This document shows positions 24,301-39,300 of a stretch of DNA of 64,000 nucleotides, in pieces. Positions within the stretch are counted from its first letter, which is position 1; each line of letters starts with the position of its first letter. Below the pieces are notes generated by a model. The model had not been told where the DNA came from. It worked only from the letters and a program-made list of their open reading frames with translations, and did not search any database. The stretch is from Chiloscyllium plagiosum (Eukaryota), in the NCBI RefSeq assembly GCF_004010195.1, contig NC_057740.1, positions 20,046,405 through 20,110,404 of the forward strand, in the 5' to 3' direction. A program made the position numbers and the translations under genes.

Positions 24301-27300
24301 CTGTACCTACATTCCAGTTTTCTATGACTCATGAACGAGGACACCTAGACGCCTCTGCACTGGAGCACCTCCCGGTCTCTCCCCATTTAGATAATAAGTC
24401 ACCTTCCCATTTTTATCAAGTAAACTGCATGACCTCGCACTTATCCAAATTAAACTCCAACTGCCACATTTTGGCCCACTCTCCTAACCTACATATATGT
24501 ATTTGTGAGGTTCTTATTTCCTCATTGCAATTTACTGTCCTGCCTATTTTTGTGTTGTCTGCAAATTTGGTTATAGTGCTTTCTATCCCCGCATCCAAGT
24601 CATGGATTGTAAATAGCTGGGGTCCGAGCCCTATGGCATCCCACTAGTTACATCTTGCCATCCAGAAAAATGCATTTATTCTGTCAGTCAGCCATTCACC
24701 TATCCAAGCTAATAAATTAACCTAAAACTCAGATGGTCCAACCTTGTGAATTCATCTTTTGTGTAGCACCTTATCAAATGCCAGAGAAAACATTTGAGGC
24801 CAAAACATTGAAGACTTTTAAGAATGAGTTGGGTGGAGTTCTTAGATTAAAGTGATCAAAGCTGGGGAAAACTTAGAACAGGGAACTGAGATGAATGATC
24901 AGCCATGATCATATTAGATTAGATTGCATTACATGGTGGAAACAGGCCCTTCGGCCCAACAAGTCCACACCGACCCGCCGAAGCGTAACCCACCCATACC
25001 CCTACATTTACCGCTTACCTAACACTACGGGCAATTTAGCATGGTCAATTCACATCTTTGGACTGTGGGAGGAAAAGGGAGCACCCGGAGGAAACCCACA
25101 CAGACACGAGGAGAACGTGCAAACTCCACACAGTCAGTCACCTGAGGTGGGAATTGAACCCGGGTCTCTGGCACTGTGAGGCAGCAGTGCTAACCACTGT
25201 GCCACCTATTGAATAGAAGAGCTACCTTGAAAGGCTGAATGGCCTACTCCTGCTTATATATTGTATATATGATGAGAACAAGTGTCACCATGAATCAACT
25301 CTTGCAAGCACTGAGTATAAGTAATTAGAATATGTTTCTGTTCAGTCACAGAGCATCCAAGCATTATATCAAATAAAACATGGAAGTACCTTTAATGTGA
25401 GATGTCCAAGTATAGAGAAGTTTTGGGATATCCTTTCTCCACTAATTTAAAATAGTTAATGCTTCTACTTGGTAAAAATACGTACATTTAATTATTTTTG
25501 TATTTGCTGAGAACTGAACTATTATTTTTTTCTTCCACAGCTGTGATCCCTGTTTTAAGTGTGACAACGACTCCAGAAAAGAAACTGAGACCTATTGACT
25601 ATAATGTGACCTTCATAATAAATAGACCAGGATTCCAGCAAATTCAGTCAAACTCCATTTTAGAGACCGTGAAAATTGGAAAAGTGGTAAGTAAGAAAGG
25701 TAGGAAATTTTTGGCAGTATCTTCTTGGTAACATCTTAAGCTCCTGCATTTAAGGCATGTTTATTATTTTCTTACAGCTAAATGAACTATTCAAAAACAG
25801 CAGCATTAAAGCGACATTCTCACGTTGTTCAGTACATATGCTCAGGTAAGAATTGTCAGCGATCATCGAATTGAACCTTTATCTGTTTGAATCTTATTTC
25901 TATAATGCGGAGCTAATTGTAAAATTCACACCTAGCCATAATGTTCAAAGAGTATCACTTAAAATAAATTTGTATATAGGTATGCAGGCTTGGAATTTCT
26001 GATATCCTGACAGTCATTAATTCAGTATTGTTTGTAATTGCGCATGGGGACCCTGCACAATCCACACTTTAACAGATTCCAAAGGAATTACAGGAAACTG
26101 ATTCCATTATGCTTGGAACCCTCTGAAACCTTCCACAATTGGAGACTTTGGACAATTCTAATGAAATTAAGTAAAATAATTACTCAGAAAATGTTGGACT
26201 ACTAAATACACAGTCTAATTCCTGTGGAACTACTGAACAGGCCCCATATTTACCTCAGGAATCCCCAATTTCAGCTCCACCAGATCCTTTACAATCCCAG
26301 ATCTGACCGCTTTGAACTGATCCCCTTTCCTGTTTCACTGCAGGGTCTGGCATCCCTCTGGGGATCCAATGCCCCTCCCTGATTTGCATCTGAAACCCCT
26401 GTCTCACTCCATTGCTGCAGGTGGACCCAACCCCCTGACCTCCTCCATTGTCACCAGACCCCCAGCCCTGCCAATACTTACCAGCACCTAAACCAGGACC
26501 CAAACCCAACACCACATCAGGCCCTCCCTCTCTTCACACCAACCCTGACTTCTGTCACTCATCCCAATATAACTTAAACATTGCAGTGGCAAGGTCCCCT
26601 TACACCCTTACATCATGGAATCCTACATACCTTAATCCCTACACACATGCTATCCTACCTCCTACCTAGCAGGCATTCTGCCCAGTTTCCATAGTATGAT
26701 TATTTTCTTGACACCATTTCTCACCTATCCCTTAGTCAGCTGTCACCCTATTTACCTGGCACACTCCCGTCTAACCACTTTTTACAAATTCATTCATGGG
26801 ATGAGGCCATCTCCAGTTCTGCCAGTATCCCAAATTGCCCAGAGGGCAGTTAAGGGTCAACCACATTGGTGTGGGTCTGGAGTCACATGTGGGCCAGACC
26901 ACATAAAGATAGTAGTTCCCTTCCCTAAAGGGCATTAATGGACCAAATGGGTTTTTCTTGACAATCAACAATGGTTACATGGTCATCATCAAACTCTTAA
27001 TTCCAAATTTTAATTGATTTCACTTTCCACCATCTGCCATGGCAGGTTTTGAACGCGGGTCGCTAAAACCTTACCTGGGAATCCAAATTAACAGTCTAGG
27101 GAAAACATCACTAGACCATTGATCCCCAGCCACCACACCCCATGTCAATCTACCAGCATTTTACACCCTACCCACCTGGAATCATCCCTACCTGGCACCT
27201 TGATTATCTGGCACACCATCCCCTCTACCCAAATAGCACCTCACCCTCCAGCCAAACATTACAGTTATCTTACATACTTATCTTTTATCAGCAACTGTCA

Positions 27301-30300
27301 AAGTGGCTGTCTGAACATTTACATTGCAGAAAACAATGATGAAATATAGGCATGGCTGCCCCTCCTCTTCCAGCTCTGTACTGGGAAAGAAGTGTCAGAA
27401 TGGAAGAATGGCTCTGCTTTTCTGGAAGGGGCCCTGACCAGTTTGTTTGTCAGAAATGTGAAGCTGCTTCCTTTCTGAGAGATTGCCAATCTTTGGGAAA
27501 TCTACAACATTCATTTCAGCAAGGATCACTTCAATTTGCCTACCAATCAGCTTTGCTTTCATGATCGTATCAACTATATTGTTTCCAAGTACTTCCTGCT
27601 AAAATTGTACTTTTGTTTTTCTGCAGCATGATCGATGGTGACAGAGGCAGAGTGACGGCAATCTGTGCATTCAAGCCTTATCCGGAAATTCAAAACGTTG
27701 ACAGAGTACTTGTGTATCATGTGTTTGAAAACAAAACCAAAGACATTTCTAACTTGGGACTCTACAGATTGGACAGTGTCAGCCTCTATGTGAATGGTAT
27801 TTCATTGTTTTTTGGAATAACTCTTCATACATCCTTTGTAATTGTATATGCATCATTACCAACAATATGGCTAATATCTAACCTATGTTGCCCCTAATGT
27901 TCTTTGAGAGTGTGGACCTCTGAAATCCATGCAATGCATTGATTTCAGCAGAATATTCTGCAGCCATTCAGTGACATCCTGGATTCTAGCATCGGGTAGG
28001 AAACATGCTAATCTGAATTGCTAATGAGGCCTGCCAAATCCCTTCAGAACTGAATCCCCAACTCCCTGCTCACACTGTCCAATTGAGTCACCTGTGCTGC
28101 CATTGACTCAGCACAGGCTGCACTTCCCAGACAGACCATAATGCTCACTAGTATTGAAAACTGGGTTGAAATTTGGATTCCTGCACTACTCGTGTGATCT
28201 TGCATGACCATCTGGGTGTTTTTCATTTCCTTTCTGCCTTCAGAAACCTGGGACCACCTCCATAAAAATTCTGTCTACATAGCTCTTAGCTTGACAGGTA
28301 TTCCACAGTGACTCCAGCTGTATTCCAGCTCCAAGCATCAGATTGGAGTTGCTGCAGCTGAAGAGATTCCAGGCATGACTTGCAGTTGTGATTTGGAGTT
28401 CCTGTGGAGCAAGGCATGTATTTTACAGAATTCCAGTGAGCTGTATCTATTGATCAGGGGGTTCATTAACAACAGACATAAGCTTTGAGAAATTAAAGAA
28501 AAACACTAGCAAATTACTGGAGATAAAGGAAATGGTTAAAAAAAACTCCTTCTCCCTCTGCTCTAAATTCCCAATTTTATCAAATTCCCAGCTTTGGCAT
28601 TGTATTCGTCATATATTCAATGATTCTGGTTGTGCTATTCTTCAACTGCTTCTCATTCAATAGTCACAAATTAAAGTATTCTTGTTATTAAATGATTCAG
28701 AAACAGGTTATGGACTATTACCATTACTGTTTTTGTTTTATTTTACTTTATAGACTTAGAGTGAATTGTGTTATTTGTATTAATGATATTATCTTATTCT
28801 ATTTCTAGATTACCATGAAGCACTCCCACTGATTAGTAAGTCTGCTTTTTTTCTTTAATTGTTGGGAAAGTAGTACTCATCCAGTACATTGTTGAAAATC
28901 TAAGCACACTATCTGCTCCTGGACTTTGGTTCAACAAAATTGTTAATGCTATTTTGAGAAATTTTGAAGAATTATTGCCATGAATAGGATTTCTGGTTAT
29001 TCTGAGGACTCTGCCGGACCAGCTGCATGATGGCTCAGTGAATGCTTTATAGTTCTAGCTTTGTCAACATAGCTTCAATTTGAAAGAATATGCTGATGCA
29101 AAATTATCAATACAAACTGATGAAATGCTCTTGAATAGTAATTCCTAACTTCCCAATGGCAAAATGTAGTCATACAATGTTTATGAATTCTTATTAGATC
29201 CCTTTACTCCATTTATTTAGGATTCCCCTGCAGACATTATTGTCCTTGATGTGGAGCTTGGAGTAAGTTCTTGGTATCATACTGTTGGTATCATACTTGG
29301 TATCAGTCTGTTTGACTGTAATTTACAACGCTTAACAAAAAGAGCACTTGTTTTCTCTTTAATTTTTTTCCTATGATTAAGAGAGGTAATAGGACCTACA
29401 GTACAGCAATATTTATGTTTAATCATGTGTTCATCTTCCTTTCTAGCGGAACCACCAATTGTGCCTGTAACAAAAAATCCAATTCAGAGCCAGAGACCAT
29501 CCAGTTTTAATGTAACTTTCACCATTGATAATTTGCCATTTATGGAGCAGCTACACAATGAAAAATCAGAACTATACAAGTCTGCATCAAATATTATTAC
29601 TCATAAGGTATTCTGGGGAAACAATAATTATTAACATGTTTTGGTTATTATTTACTATACTCAGCCCACTGAACTCTGAACATATTTGCATTGCAGCTGA
29701 ATGAATTATATCGTGGTAGCAATATAAAAGCAACATTTTCAAAATGTACTATTGGATCTTTAAGGTGAGTACTATCACTTAATAAATAGTTGCATTGTAA
29801 TCATGGAAATTAATGGTTTCTATTAGTCTTCAAACATTATGTGTGAAACAAGATTAAATATTTTTATTAGTAATATTTAGTTTATTATGTAATGGATTGT
29901 TCCTAGAGCTGATGTCGTCTTCCTTGTTCTGAATATGCTTTTGTTGCCAATTTCGAACTTTTAAGAGATAAATACAACAAGACCTTACTGCTGATGCATA
30001 ATTGGAAGAGATTACAAATTGTGGACTGTGATATCTTAATTAGGTACTGAGTATTCTGTCTTTGTAAAGCTGTTATAACTTGATGAAGCTCATAAATTAT
30101 TCCCCGCAGACATAATTCTAGAAAATCAGGAAACATATAAATATTATTAAATATATGAAGATTTGTTAAAAGAAATGCCATTGATTTCTAATGATAATTA
30201 ATATTATTATAACAAATAGTTAACAAAGACTTTTTTTTGATTGCCAGTGCGACAACCAGTCAGAAGACCAAAGTGTATGCAATGTGTTCTTTCAACAATA

Positions 30301-33300
30301 ATTCTACTGCAGGGAAAGTCAATAGAGTTATTGCATACCATCAGTTCAGTTACAACACGATGAACATCACTACTTTGGAACCTTATACTCTAGACCCGAA
30401 CAGTCTCTATGTCGATGGTATGAATTGTTGGGATATTTATAAAATATCGTACCCAAGGTGATGTGAAAGTGAATTAGATAATCTGTACGCAGATATTGTT
30501 GTGCTATGTATAAACAGAGCTCTTCTTGAACTGAGCTTCTCCAATGGGATTATGGCACAGCAATCTTATCTTTTGACTCTAATGTTAGGCCCTAGCATTA
30601 CTTGTATTGCAATCTGGGAACCTTGAAAGGAGCAAATGGTACAGCTGCCAACCATGTCCAGCACAGCCTGTGTGCCACCTAGTGTTGGGAAAGGGTAAAA
30701 GCACTGGCATACTCATCTTGTGCTGGTAGCATTGCAAATCAATCAGCTATCCTGGCTGACTTAATGTACATCCTTAAAACTCCTCAATACAGACTTTCTT
30801 TATCTGTGCAGCTCTCTTCAAGAGGGACATTGAGTGAAAACCAGCTGGATCACACTTTAACTTTGCATGCTGTTTAGTCTCCTGGTGACGAAGCAGCCAG
30901 ACATCAGAATGGCTCCTACTTGACTGCACACTAGAATCAGGCAAATGAAGAGGCACCAAAAATTTTGCATGCTGCTTATTTTAACAAGACATGGCACAAG
31001 GGAGATGGGAATTTTAATTATTTGCTCCATGATCATTCTGGACCAATTATTTATCCCTGGTAACTTAAGGTTTTACCTGGATATAATGCCTAATGCATGA
31101 AATATTTCATAGATTGAACAGAGTCCAGTTAATTACAATGTGCTATTTTATTTTCAGATTATCATGAATCAACACCTACAACCAGTGAGTTTTTTAATTT
31201 TAATTTGTTAAAATTCCTATTCTATCATCTCACATTTACTCTTTATTATTTCAACAAAGTGCTTCATTTCTATTTGGTACTACAGTGATCTGGATTCAAT
31301 AAATAATTACTATGTTCATATTCCATGCTAGTCAATTATTTTGTTGGAAACAAAATGTAATAATTTCAATTAAATGTTGCAAGATGCAGATTTTGTTTCT
31401 TGTCCTTTTTGTTTACTATGAAATTTGTATAGTACAAATAGAACTGTATAACAGATAAGTAACTGAATATATTAGTTGTTAAATTATATACTTCTCATTC
31501 TTTCTAGCACAAGCACCAAATCAGAACCAAGAGTCTGGATTTAATGTGACCTTCACAATTATAAATTTGCCATACATGGAAGAATTGCATGTCAATACAT
31601 CACGCTTGTACAAATCAGCATCAACTATCATTACTTATAAGGTATACCATTCAAGTTGACATTTATTCAAATGATAATCTGTTAATTTAGTATATTTTTT
31701 TGTTGTAACATATAATGCTTTCCCTGCAGCTCAATTCCACTTTTAAAAACAGTGATATAAAAACTGCATTTACAGACTGCAAAGTAATTTCCCTCAGGTA
31801 AGACGGTTTTTATATCTTATCTTAATGTTTTAATTGTACCATTAAATCACGGAAGCTTCAGTGCATCCTCAGTCATGTTCTCAGGTTATATCAATTCTGA
31901 ATCTATCTGCCTGTAGATAGTTTCCCTGCTCTTCCACAACATAATTTAACAGCTTTCTTTCTCTGGTAAACATTTCTATATCTGGTAAATGTCATGATCT
32001 TTTCACCTTTCGTGCTTGTTTGTGGTAAGACCATGTACTTTTTTGCTTCAAAATGCTATCACAGAAACCTTAACTGGGCATCACTTTTAGTTTCTGATTC
32101 ATCAACCAATTGAAATAATTTGTCACTACCTGTATTTGCTATTTGAATCTTTTCAAAACCTGCATAAAAAGTCAATGTTTTATCTTTGAGAATCTGATGA
32201 ACACAACTCATCATATATTGCCCTGTGAAGAAATATATCCAAAGGGAAAGATTTTTTTAACTTGCTGCCTGACCAATAAACTGGCATTGTCAACCATCGA
32301 TTATGGTATTACCTGCATTTTATTCCATTAAAATTAATGGAGATATAAATGAAATAGTTTCTATAAAATCAGGTTACAAACTGAAATGTTAACCTTATGC
32401 CACAGAACATAGAGTCATAGAGTCCTACAGCATGGAAACAGGCCCTTTAACCCAAACCAGTCTGTGCCAACCAAAATGTCCATCAATGTTAAACCCCCCA
32501 CTTCCCTGCACTTGGCCCATATCCTTCTAAACCTTTCCTATCCGTGTATTTGTCCAAATGCCTTTTAAATGTTGTTAATGTTCCCGACTCAACCACTTCT
32601 GCTGACAGCTCATTCCATACATATGCCACCCTCTATGTGAAAAGGTTATTACTCAGGTTCCATTTTATTCTTTCCCTCTAACCTCAAGCTGATGCCCTCT
32701 AGTCCTTGATTCCCCAACCCTAGGAAAAAAGACTGACAACATTCATCCTATCCATGTCTCTCATGATTTTATATACTTCTATCTATAGGCGGCACGGTGG
32801 CACAGTGGTTACACTGCTGCCTCACAGCGCCAGAGACCCGGGTTCAATTCCTGCCTCAGGCAACTGTCTGTGTGGAGTTTGCACATTCTCCCTGTGTCTG
32901 CGTGGGTTTCCTCTGGGTGCTCTGAGATCGTCCCACAGTCCAAAAATGTGCAGATTAGGTGAATTGGCCATGCTAAATTGCCCGTAGTGTTAGGTGAAGG
33001 GGTAAATGTAGGGGAATGGGTCTGGGTGGGTTGCTTGCTCTTCGGAGGGTCGGTGTGGACGTATTGGGCTGAAGGGCCTGTTTCCACACTGTAAGTAATC
33101 TATGTAAATCTCTATGTATAAGATTCCCCCTCAGTCTCATAAACTCTGAAGAAAAACATCCTAGCTTGTCCAACCTCTCCCTATAACTCAGGCCATTGAG
33201 TCCTGGCAATGTGATCAATTTCATTTCACAGTCTAAGGATAAATCTATCACCTGCAGGTAAGATCTTTTAACACCAATGCACAAAGTCATTAACTTCATA

Positions 33301-36300
33301 GTTAATTGCTATCTGAGGAATTGTATAGTGAGTGCAATAAATTTTACATTGTCACTAGCCATTTATGCTTTGGCTGAACATGATAAATAATGAAGGCTCT
33401 ATTGTTGGTTTTGGCTCAAAAAGTAAGTATTTATTTTGTGAGACACAGGCAAGGAATCTTCCTCTGATCTATCAATGCCAACCTGGGACTCCGCAGATTC
33501 CTACCTCTGCCCCTCCCTTCATAAACCTCACCTCAGATGTTTCCTTTTCTGTTTCAGAGGCTGCAGGCACCCTCCCTTCCCACCATTATTATTGTGGCAG
33601 CAGGTAGTCTGAGCAGGCACTTACAGATGGAGGGAAGACTTTCCAATGGGTCTTGGGTTGTGATTGTAGTCTTTTATGAACACAGTCCACTCCAGGGAGA
33701 AAGGAACATTAGGTTTAATGGCTTCCTGGTCTGCCAAAGGGAGACCACCTCTAAGAAGGTGGCAGCATTCATTTGCTAAGTACATGTGAAGGCCACAGAT
33801 TTAACCTTAACTCAGATTTAACCAATAGGTTTCCTGCTTCCTTGGGAATATCACCAGAAGGTAGGAATAGGCTGGGAAACTGTTCCAAAAAAAGCATAAC
33901 CTATTTTTCGAGCCTGCCATCACAGTAGCAGGAAACTTATTTCTGGGTGGTCTGGCAGGTATAAGGCCTCAAAATCTCACACACTTTATGAATTTTAATT
34001 TTTGTTTCTTTTAAAAATATGTTTTCCATCCTTTTAAATGTTACATTTGAGTAAATATCAATATTCAGTTGAACTTAACTCAATCGTACTTCAACATTCA
34101 GTTATAAGATTCATTAGTTGTTTTGTTATTTCACCTTTGGCAGTGGGACAAGCAAGAAGATGACCAAAGTGTATGCAATCTGTAGCTTCAACAATAATTC
34201 TGCTGCGGAGTCGGTTGATAGAGTTACTGTATACCATCAGTTCAATTACAACACAAAGAACATCACTACATTGAAACCTTATTTTCTGGACAAGAACAGT
34301 CTCTACGTGAATGGTAGGTACTGTCTTGTTATTTTACATTATACTGGATAAGCAACATAAGAATTGAATTAGGGACCTGTGTCTACAGAGAGTGTGGACC
34401 AGATGATCTGCATTCTAATGTAGATAATATTGTCAGATTAGCTTTGAATGGAATTCCTTTTAATTGAGCTATGCACTGGAGGTGTGCTACTGCCTTGTTA
34501 TCTTTGGTATTATCAATTATCATACACTTTCTGGCTTCAATACAATTGAAGAAACATTATGCGTTTTATACTATATTCAGAAAAAGATCAATTGATTGAA
34601 TTACATTACACTTTTCAGATTACCATGAATCTACACCTCCAAATGGTAAGTGTGATGGCTTCTGTTTCTTCCATTTGTTAACAATTTTGGACGACCATGA
34701 AAACTGCCTTTTGACTAACTTAGGAAAGTGTGTGGGCTTCCTTATTAAATTAAAAATTCCTTGTTTAATTCAAGCATACGCTGTTCTGAACAAAACAATG
34801 TAAAAGCTAACATTTCATGCCAATATTTATATGTTGCAAATATTCCTTTTATTTTGCATGACTTGTACAACAAATGGAACTATAAAATAGATCAGCAATG
34901 TAGTTGCACTATTTATTCCATAAAATAACTCTGTTTTTATTTCATACAATGTACAGTCTCTATGTAAATGGTATGAAAAACCTACTTATTTTATGTTATG
35001 TTGTAAAGAACAGTGTAAAATCTCATTGAGATCTATGCTCCTTGGGCTGAATATGGGCTGGCTAATCTGTTTGCCAATAGATTGACATTAATCATTGAAT
35101 GAATATTGTGAATTCAGCTTCTACAATGGCAATGTAGCGCAGTAATGTTAATATAGTGTCTCATTAAGTGTGCACACTACCTCTGTCTCCAATCAAACAA
35201 AAGCATTAAAAGAATTTTGTATCAGCTTCAGAAATTTGCCAATTGATGAAACTACTCTATTCTGTTTTCAGATTATCATGAATCAACACCCTCAACCAGT
35301 GAGTATGATGGTTTCAGTTGGTTTTATTTATTAACATTTCTCTTGTCACTCATAACCTGCAGCCCCTGTTATCTTATCAGTATTTACTTTTCTTTTTAAT
35401 TCTATATTCGCACAATTTATTCTATAATGTAGTAGATTCAAATGATTATTAGAACTGCCTCCTTTCCACACTGAGCAAAGATTGATACATAAATATGAAT
35501 GTTGGTAATTCAATTAAATGTTGCAGATAATTCTTTTGCTTGTGGCACAAGTGTAATTGTAAATTGGAGCAACAATGGAGCAGCATTATTTATCTTAGTA
35601 CCTAATTTGTTATGTTTCTAGCGCAAATGCCAACTCAGAAATCATTGCCACGTGGGTTTAATGTGACCTTCACTGTCACCAGTTTGCCATTTGTGGAATC
35701 GTTTAATGACAAATCATCACAGCTGTACCAATCAGCATCAGCTGTTCTTGTTAATGAGGTACATTATCAGAATAATATTTATTACAATTAATTGCTGATC
35801 ATTTATATTTCCATTTTTTGAAACACTGCAAATACATTTCTTTCAGCTCAACTTAATGTACAACAGGAGTGATATAAGTGCTGAATTTACAAACTGTAAA
35901 GTTATCTCTTTGAGGTAAGAATTATTTTGTGTCATTTCCCATCTTCAAGTTTTCATTGAATCTTTGAGCTTTTGCTCGAAATGCCTCCATTTGGCTCTTC
36001 ATCCATATACTTGTATGATTTATAAAGCTATCAATCTCTTTTACATTCACACATATAAGTTAGGGAAAAATTTGGGCCCTTCCAGCCTGGTCTTCATTCA
36101 ATAAAATCATGGTGAAAGTATTTGGGTTCTGAATTCCACTTTCCCATCTACCTCAGATAACCTTTGATAACTTTGCCGAACAATAAACCAACTATCTCCA
36201 CTTCAAAAATATTCAATGACCCCACATGCATTGTTTCAATGTCACTCAGCCCTACAAAGAGAAACGAGTTTCCCTCATCGCTGTCCTAAAAGGATAACCC

Positions 36301-39300
36301 CTAATGTTAAAGCAATGTCCCTTAGTTCTGGATTCGCCCACAAGAGGGAACTTGCAAACCATATCCATGTGGTCTGTGCAGTTCAGGATCTACACACTTC
36401 AAACAAATTACCTGTCAGTCTGCTAAACCCCAAAGAAAACAAACCCATCCTCTTTCCTCATAGGATATACCTCATATACCTCAATATTCCTCATATTGAA
36501 TGGCGGTGCAGGCTCGAAGGGCTGAATGGCCTACTCCTGCACCTATTGTCTATTGTCTATTGTCTATTGACAACCCCACTCTCCGGGAATCACTCTCGTA
36601 AAACTCATCTGAACCATCTCTAATGCATTTATATCCTTTCTTAAATAAGGAGACCAAAACTGTACATGGTATTCAAGATGTGGTCTTACCAATACCCTGT
36701 TTAATCAGACTCCTCACTTTTATGTTTAATTCCTTTCATAATAAAGAATAGCATTCCATTTCTAAATCACTTACTGCGTCTGGTTGCAAACCTTTTGTGA
36801 CTCATGCAGTGGAACACATCTTGATCTTGCTGTACCTTGGAATTCTGCAGATGTTCTCTATTTAATGAATAGACTGCTTCTTGTTCATTCTTCTATCAAA
36901 GTGAACAACTTCGCAATTCACCATAGTCTATTACATCTGGCAGATATTTGCCCATTCACTTCAACTATCTGTATTGGTCTACTTCATTTGATATGTTAAC
37001 TTCACAACATACTTTGCTACCTATACACAGAATGTAGAACAATACAGTACAGGCCCTCCAGCCCTCACTGTTGTGCCAACCTTTTATCCTACTCTAAGAT
37101 CAAACTAACCTACATATCCTACATTTTACTATCATCCACTGCCTATCCGAGAGTCACTTAAATGTCCTCAATGTATCTGAATCTACTACCCTGCTGGCAG
37201 TGCATTCCACCACTCTCTGTGTAAAGCACTTACCTCTGACATCTCCCCTAAACCTTCCTCCAATTACCTTAAAATTATGCCCCCTCATGATACCCATTTC
37301 CACCCACGGAAAAAGTCTCTGGCTATCCACTTTATCTATGCCTTTCCTCATCTTGTACACCTCTATCCAGTCACCTCTCATCTTTCTTCATTTCAATGAG
37401 AAAAGCCCAAGCTCACTCAACATTTCTTTTTAAGACATGCCCTCCAGTCCAGGAAACATCCTGGTAAATCTCCTCAGCACCCTCTCTAAAGCTTTCACAT
37501 CCTTCCTATAATGATGCACAGAACTGAACACAATATTCCAAGTGTAGTCCAACCAGGGCTCTAGGGAGCTGCAGCATTACCTTATGGCTCTTAAACTCAA
37601 TCCCCTGGCTAATGAAAACAAACACACCATATACCTTCTGAACAATCCTATCAACTGGGGTGGCAACTTTAATGGATCTATGGATGTAGATGCCAAGATC
37701 CTTCTGTTCCTCCACACTGCCAAGAACCCTGCCTTTAACCCTATAACCTGCATTCAAATTCGGCCTTCCAAAATGAATCACTTCACACTTTTCCAGGTTG
37801 AACTCCATCTTCCACTTCTCAGGCCAGCTCTGCATCCTTTCAGTGTCCTGTTGCAACCTACATCAGTCCTCCACACTATAATTTAACTTCACTGAACATA
37901 CCCAGTAAGATTTGAACAGAAACACAAAAGACAGAAATTGCTAGAGAAACTCAGCAGATCTTGGCAGCATCTATGGAGAAAAAAACTGAGATGATACTTC
38001 AAGTCCAGTTTGAAGAAGTGTCACTGCACCTGAAACCTTTCATTTTGTTTTCTCTCGACAAATGCTGTCAGGCCTGCTAAATTTCTCCAGTAATTTTTGC
38101 TTTTTATTCCAGCATGCACTTTTCTTTGTTTTATTTTAACATTTCAACAGTAATCCATTTCAAATAATTATCTCATTTTTCTTGAAAAAATACTGATTGC
38201 CATTTGGCACATTACTTCCTGTTGTCTCAACTAGGTTCCCTTCAAAATATCTCTGCAAGCTGCTTTCTTTATAGTTTTGTGCTATTCCTACATTGATGAT
38301 TACCCTTCTTTAATGATTCATCAATTATTAGACATGCATAATTTCTCATCCTAAACTTTTTACAAACCTTTCAGACTTCCACTAAACAAGAATTTATGTT
38401 TCTGGACAATCATTGCGAATACATTTAGATTCCTGTATCTCCACTTTCTGTATGCAACATTGCTGTTCTAAATCATAGAATGTTATTCAAATGATGGTAT
38501 ATTTTTGTGGGTAATGACTTTCTTTTCTCTGCAATCTTTCTTTTGAAAGTATAGACAAAATTGCATACTATATGTTTGAATGGCATTCATGAGGTGGTAT
38601 TATTCTGTAAAATGATATAACCTGACCCTGTAGTTGGATGTTTTTAAATAATGATTAATCACTGGTATGTCACTGACAGGATTTTGCTATCTCAGTCATT
38701 GAACGAACCTTGCAAAAAATTGTCACAAGGGATAACATTATGTTCTATATAAATGCTTTGAATATTTTAAAGGATATTGCTTCAGTAAACCCGCTGGTTC
38801 AGATCTTTGATAAATAAATATCAGTTGTTTTTGGACAGTCGTCACTGATAAATCTAGATGTCTGTTATGGAGTCTTAGAGAAGTACAGTACAGAAACAGT
38901 CCCTTCAGTCCACCTCATCCTTGCCGACCGGTAGCCTAACCTAATCTAATCCCATTTGCCAGCATTTGGTCCATATCCCTCGAAACCCTTTCTATTCACA
39001 TACCAATCCAGATGCCTTTTAAATGCTGTAATTGTACCAGCCTCCACCACTTCTTCTGGCAGCTCATTCCATACACGCACCACCCTCTGTGTGAAAAGGT
39101 TGTCCTTTAGGTCCCTTTTATATCTTTCCCCTCTCACCCTAAATTTATGCCCACTAGCTCTGGACTCCCCAACCCCAGGGAAAAAAAACCTTGTTTATTT
39201 ATCCTATTCATGCCCCTCATGATTTTATAAACCTCTATTAGGTCACCCATCAGCCTCTGGAACTACAGGGAAAACAGCCCCAGCCTGTTTAGCCTCTCCC

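Larger units (their letters stand above)
23400..25270 (+). mobile_element. Old CR1 3' fragment split by nested insertions
   Basis: CR1-type 3' sequence at 23400-23699, 24787-24915 and 25207-25270, ending ggctgaatggcctactcctgct. Confidence 0.7.

Noticed and set aside
23858-24598. Reverse-transcriptase-like ORFs as an active gene
   Set aside because: 5'-truncated, frameshifted CR1 fragments; the same applies to 37154-37856, 38946-39137 and 52595-52846.
26255-26760. Pro/Thr-rich ORF (MSPDPQPCQYLPAPKPGPKPNTTSGPP...) as a mucin PTS exon
   Set aside because: It lies in the B-C intron in the middle of a SEA domain, has no convincing splice sites and is C-rich low-complexity sequence, probably part of an old repeat.
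32788-32860. tRNA gene
   Set aside because: A/B boxes are followed by a SINE body and a CR1-like tail, and several decayed copies exist; this is a SINE head.
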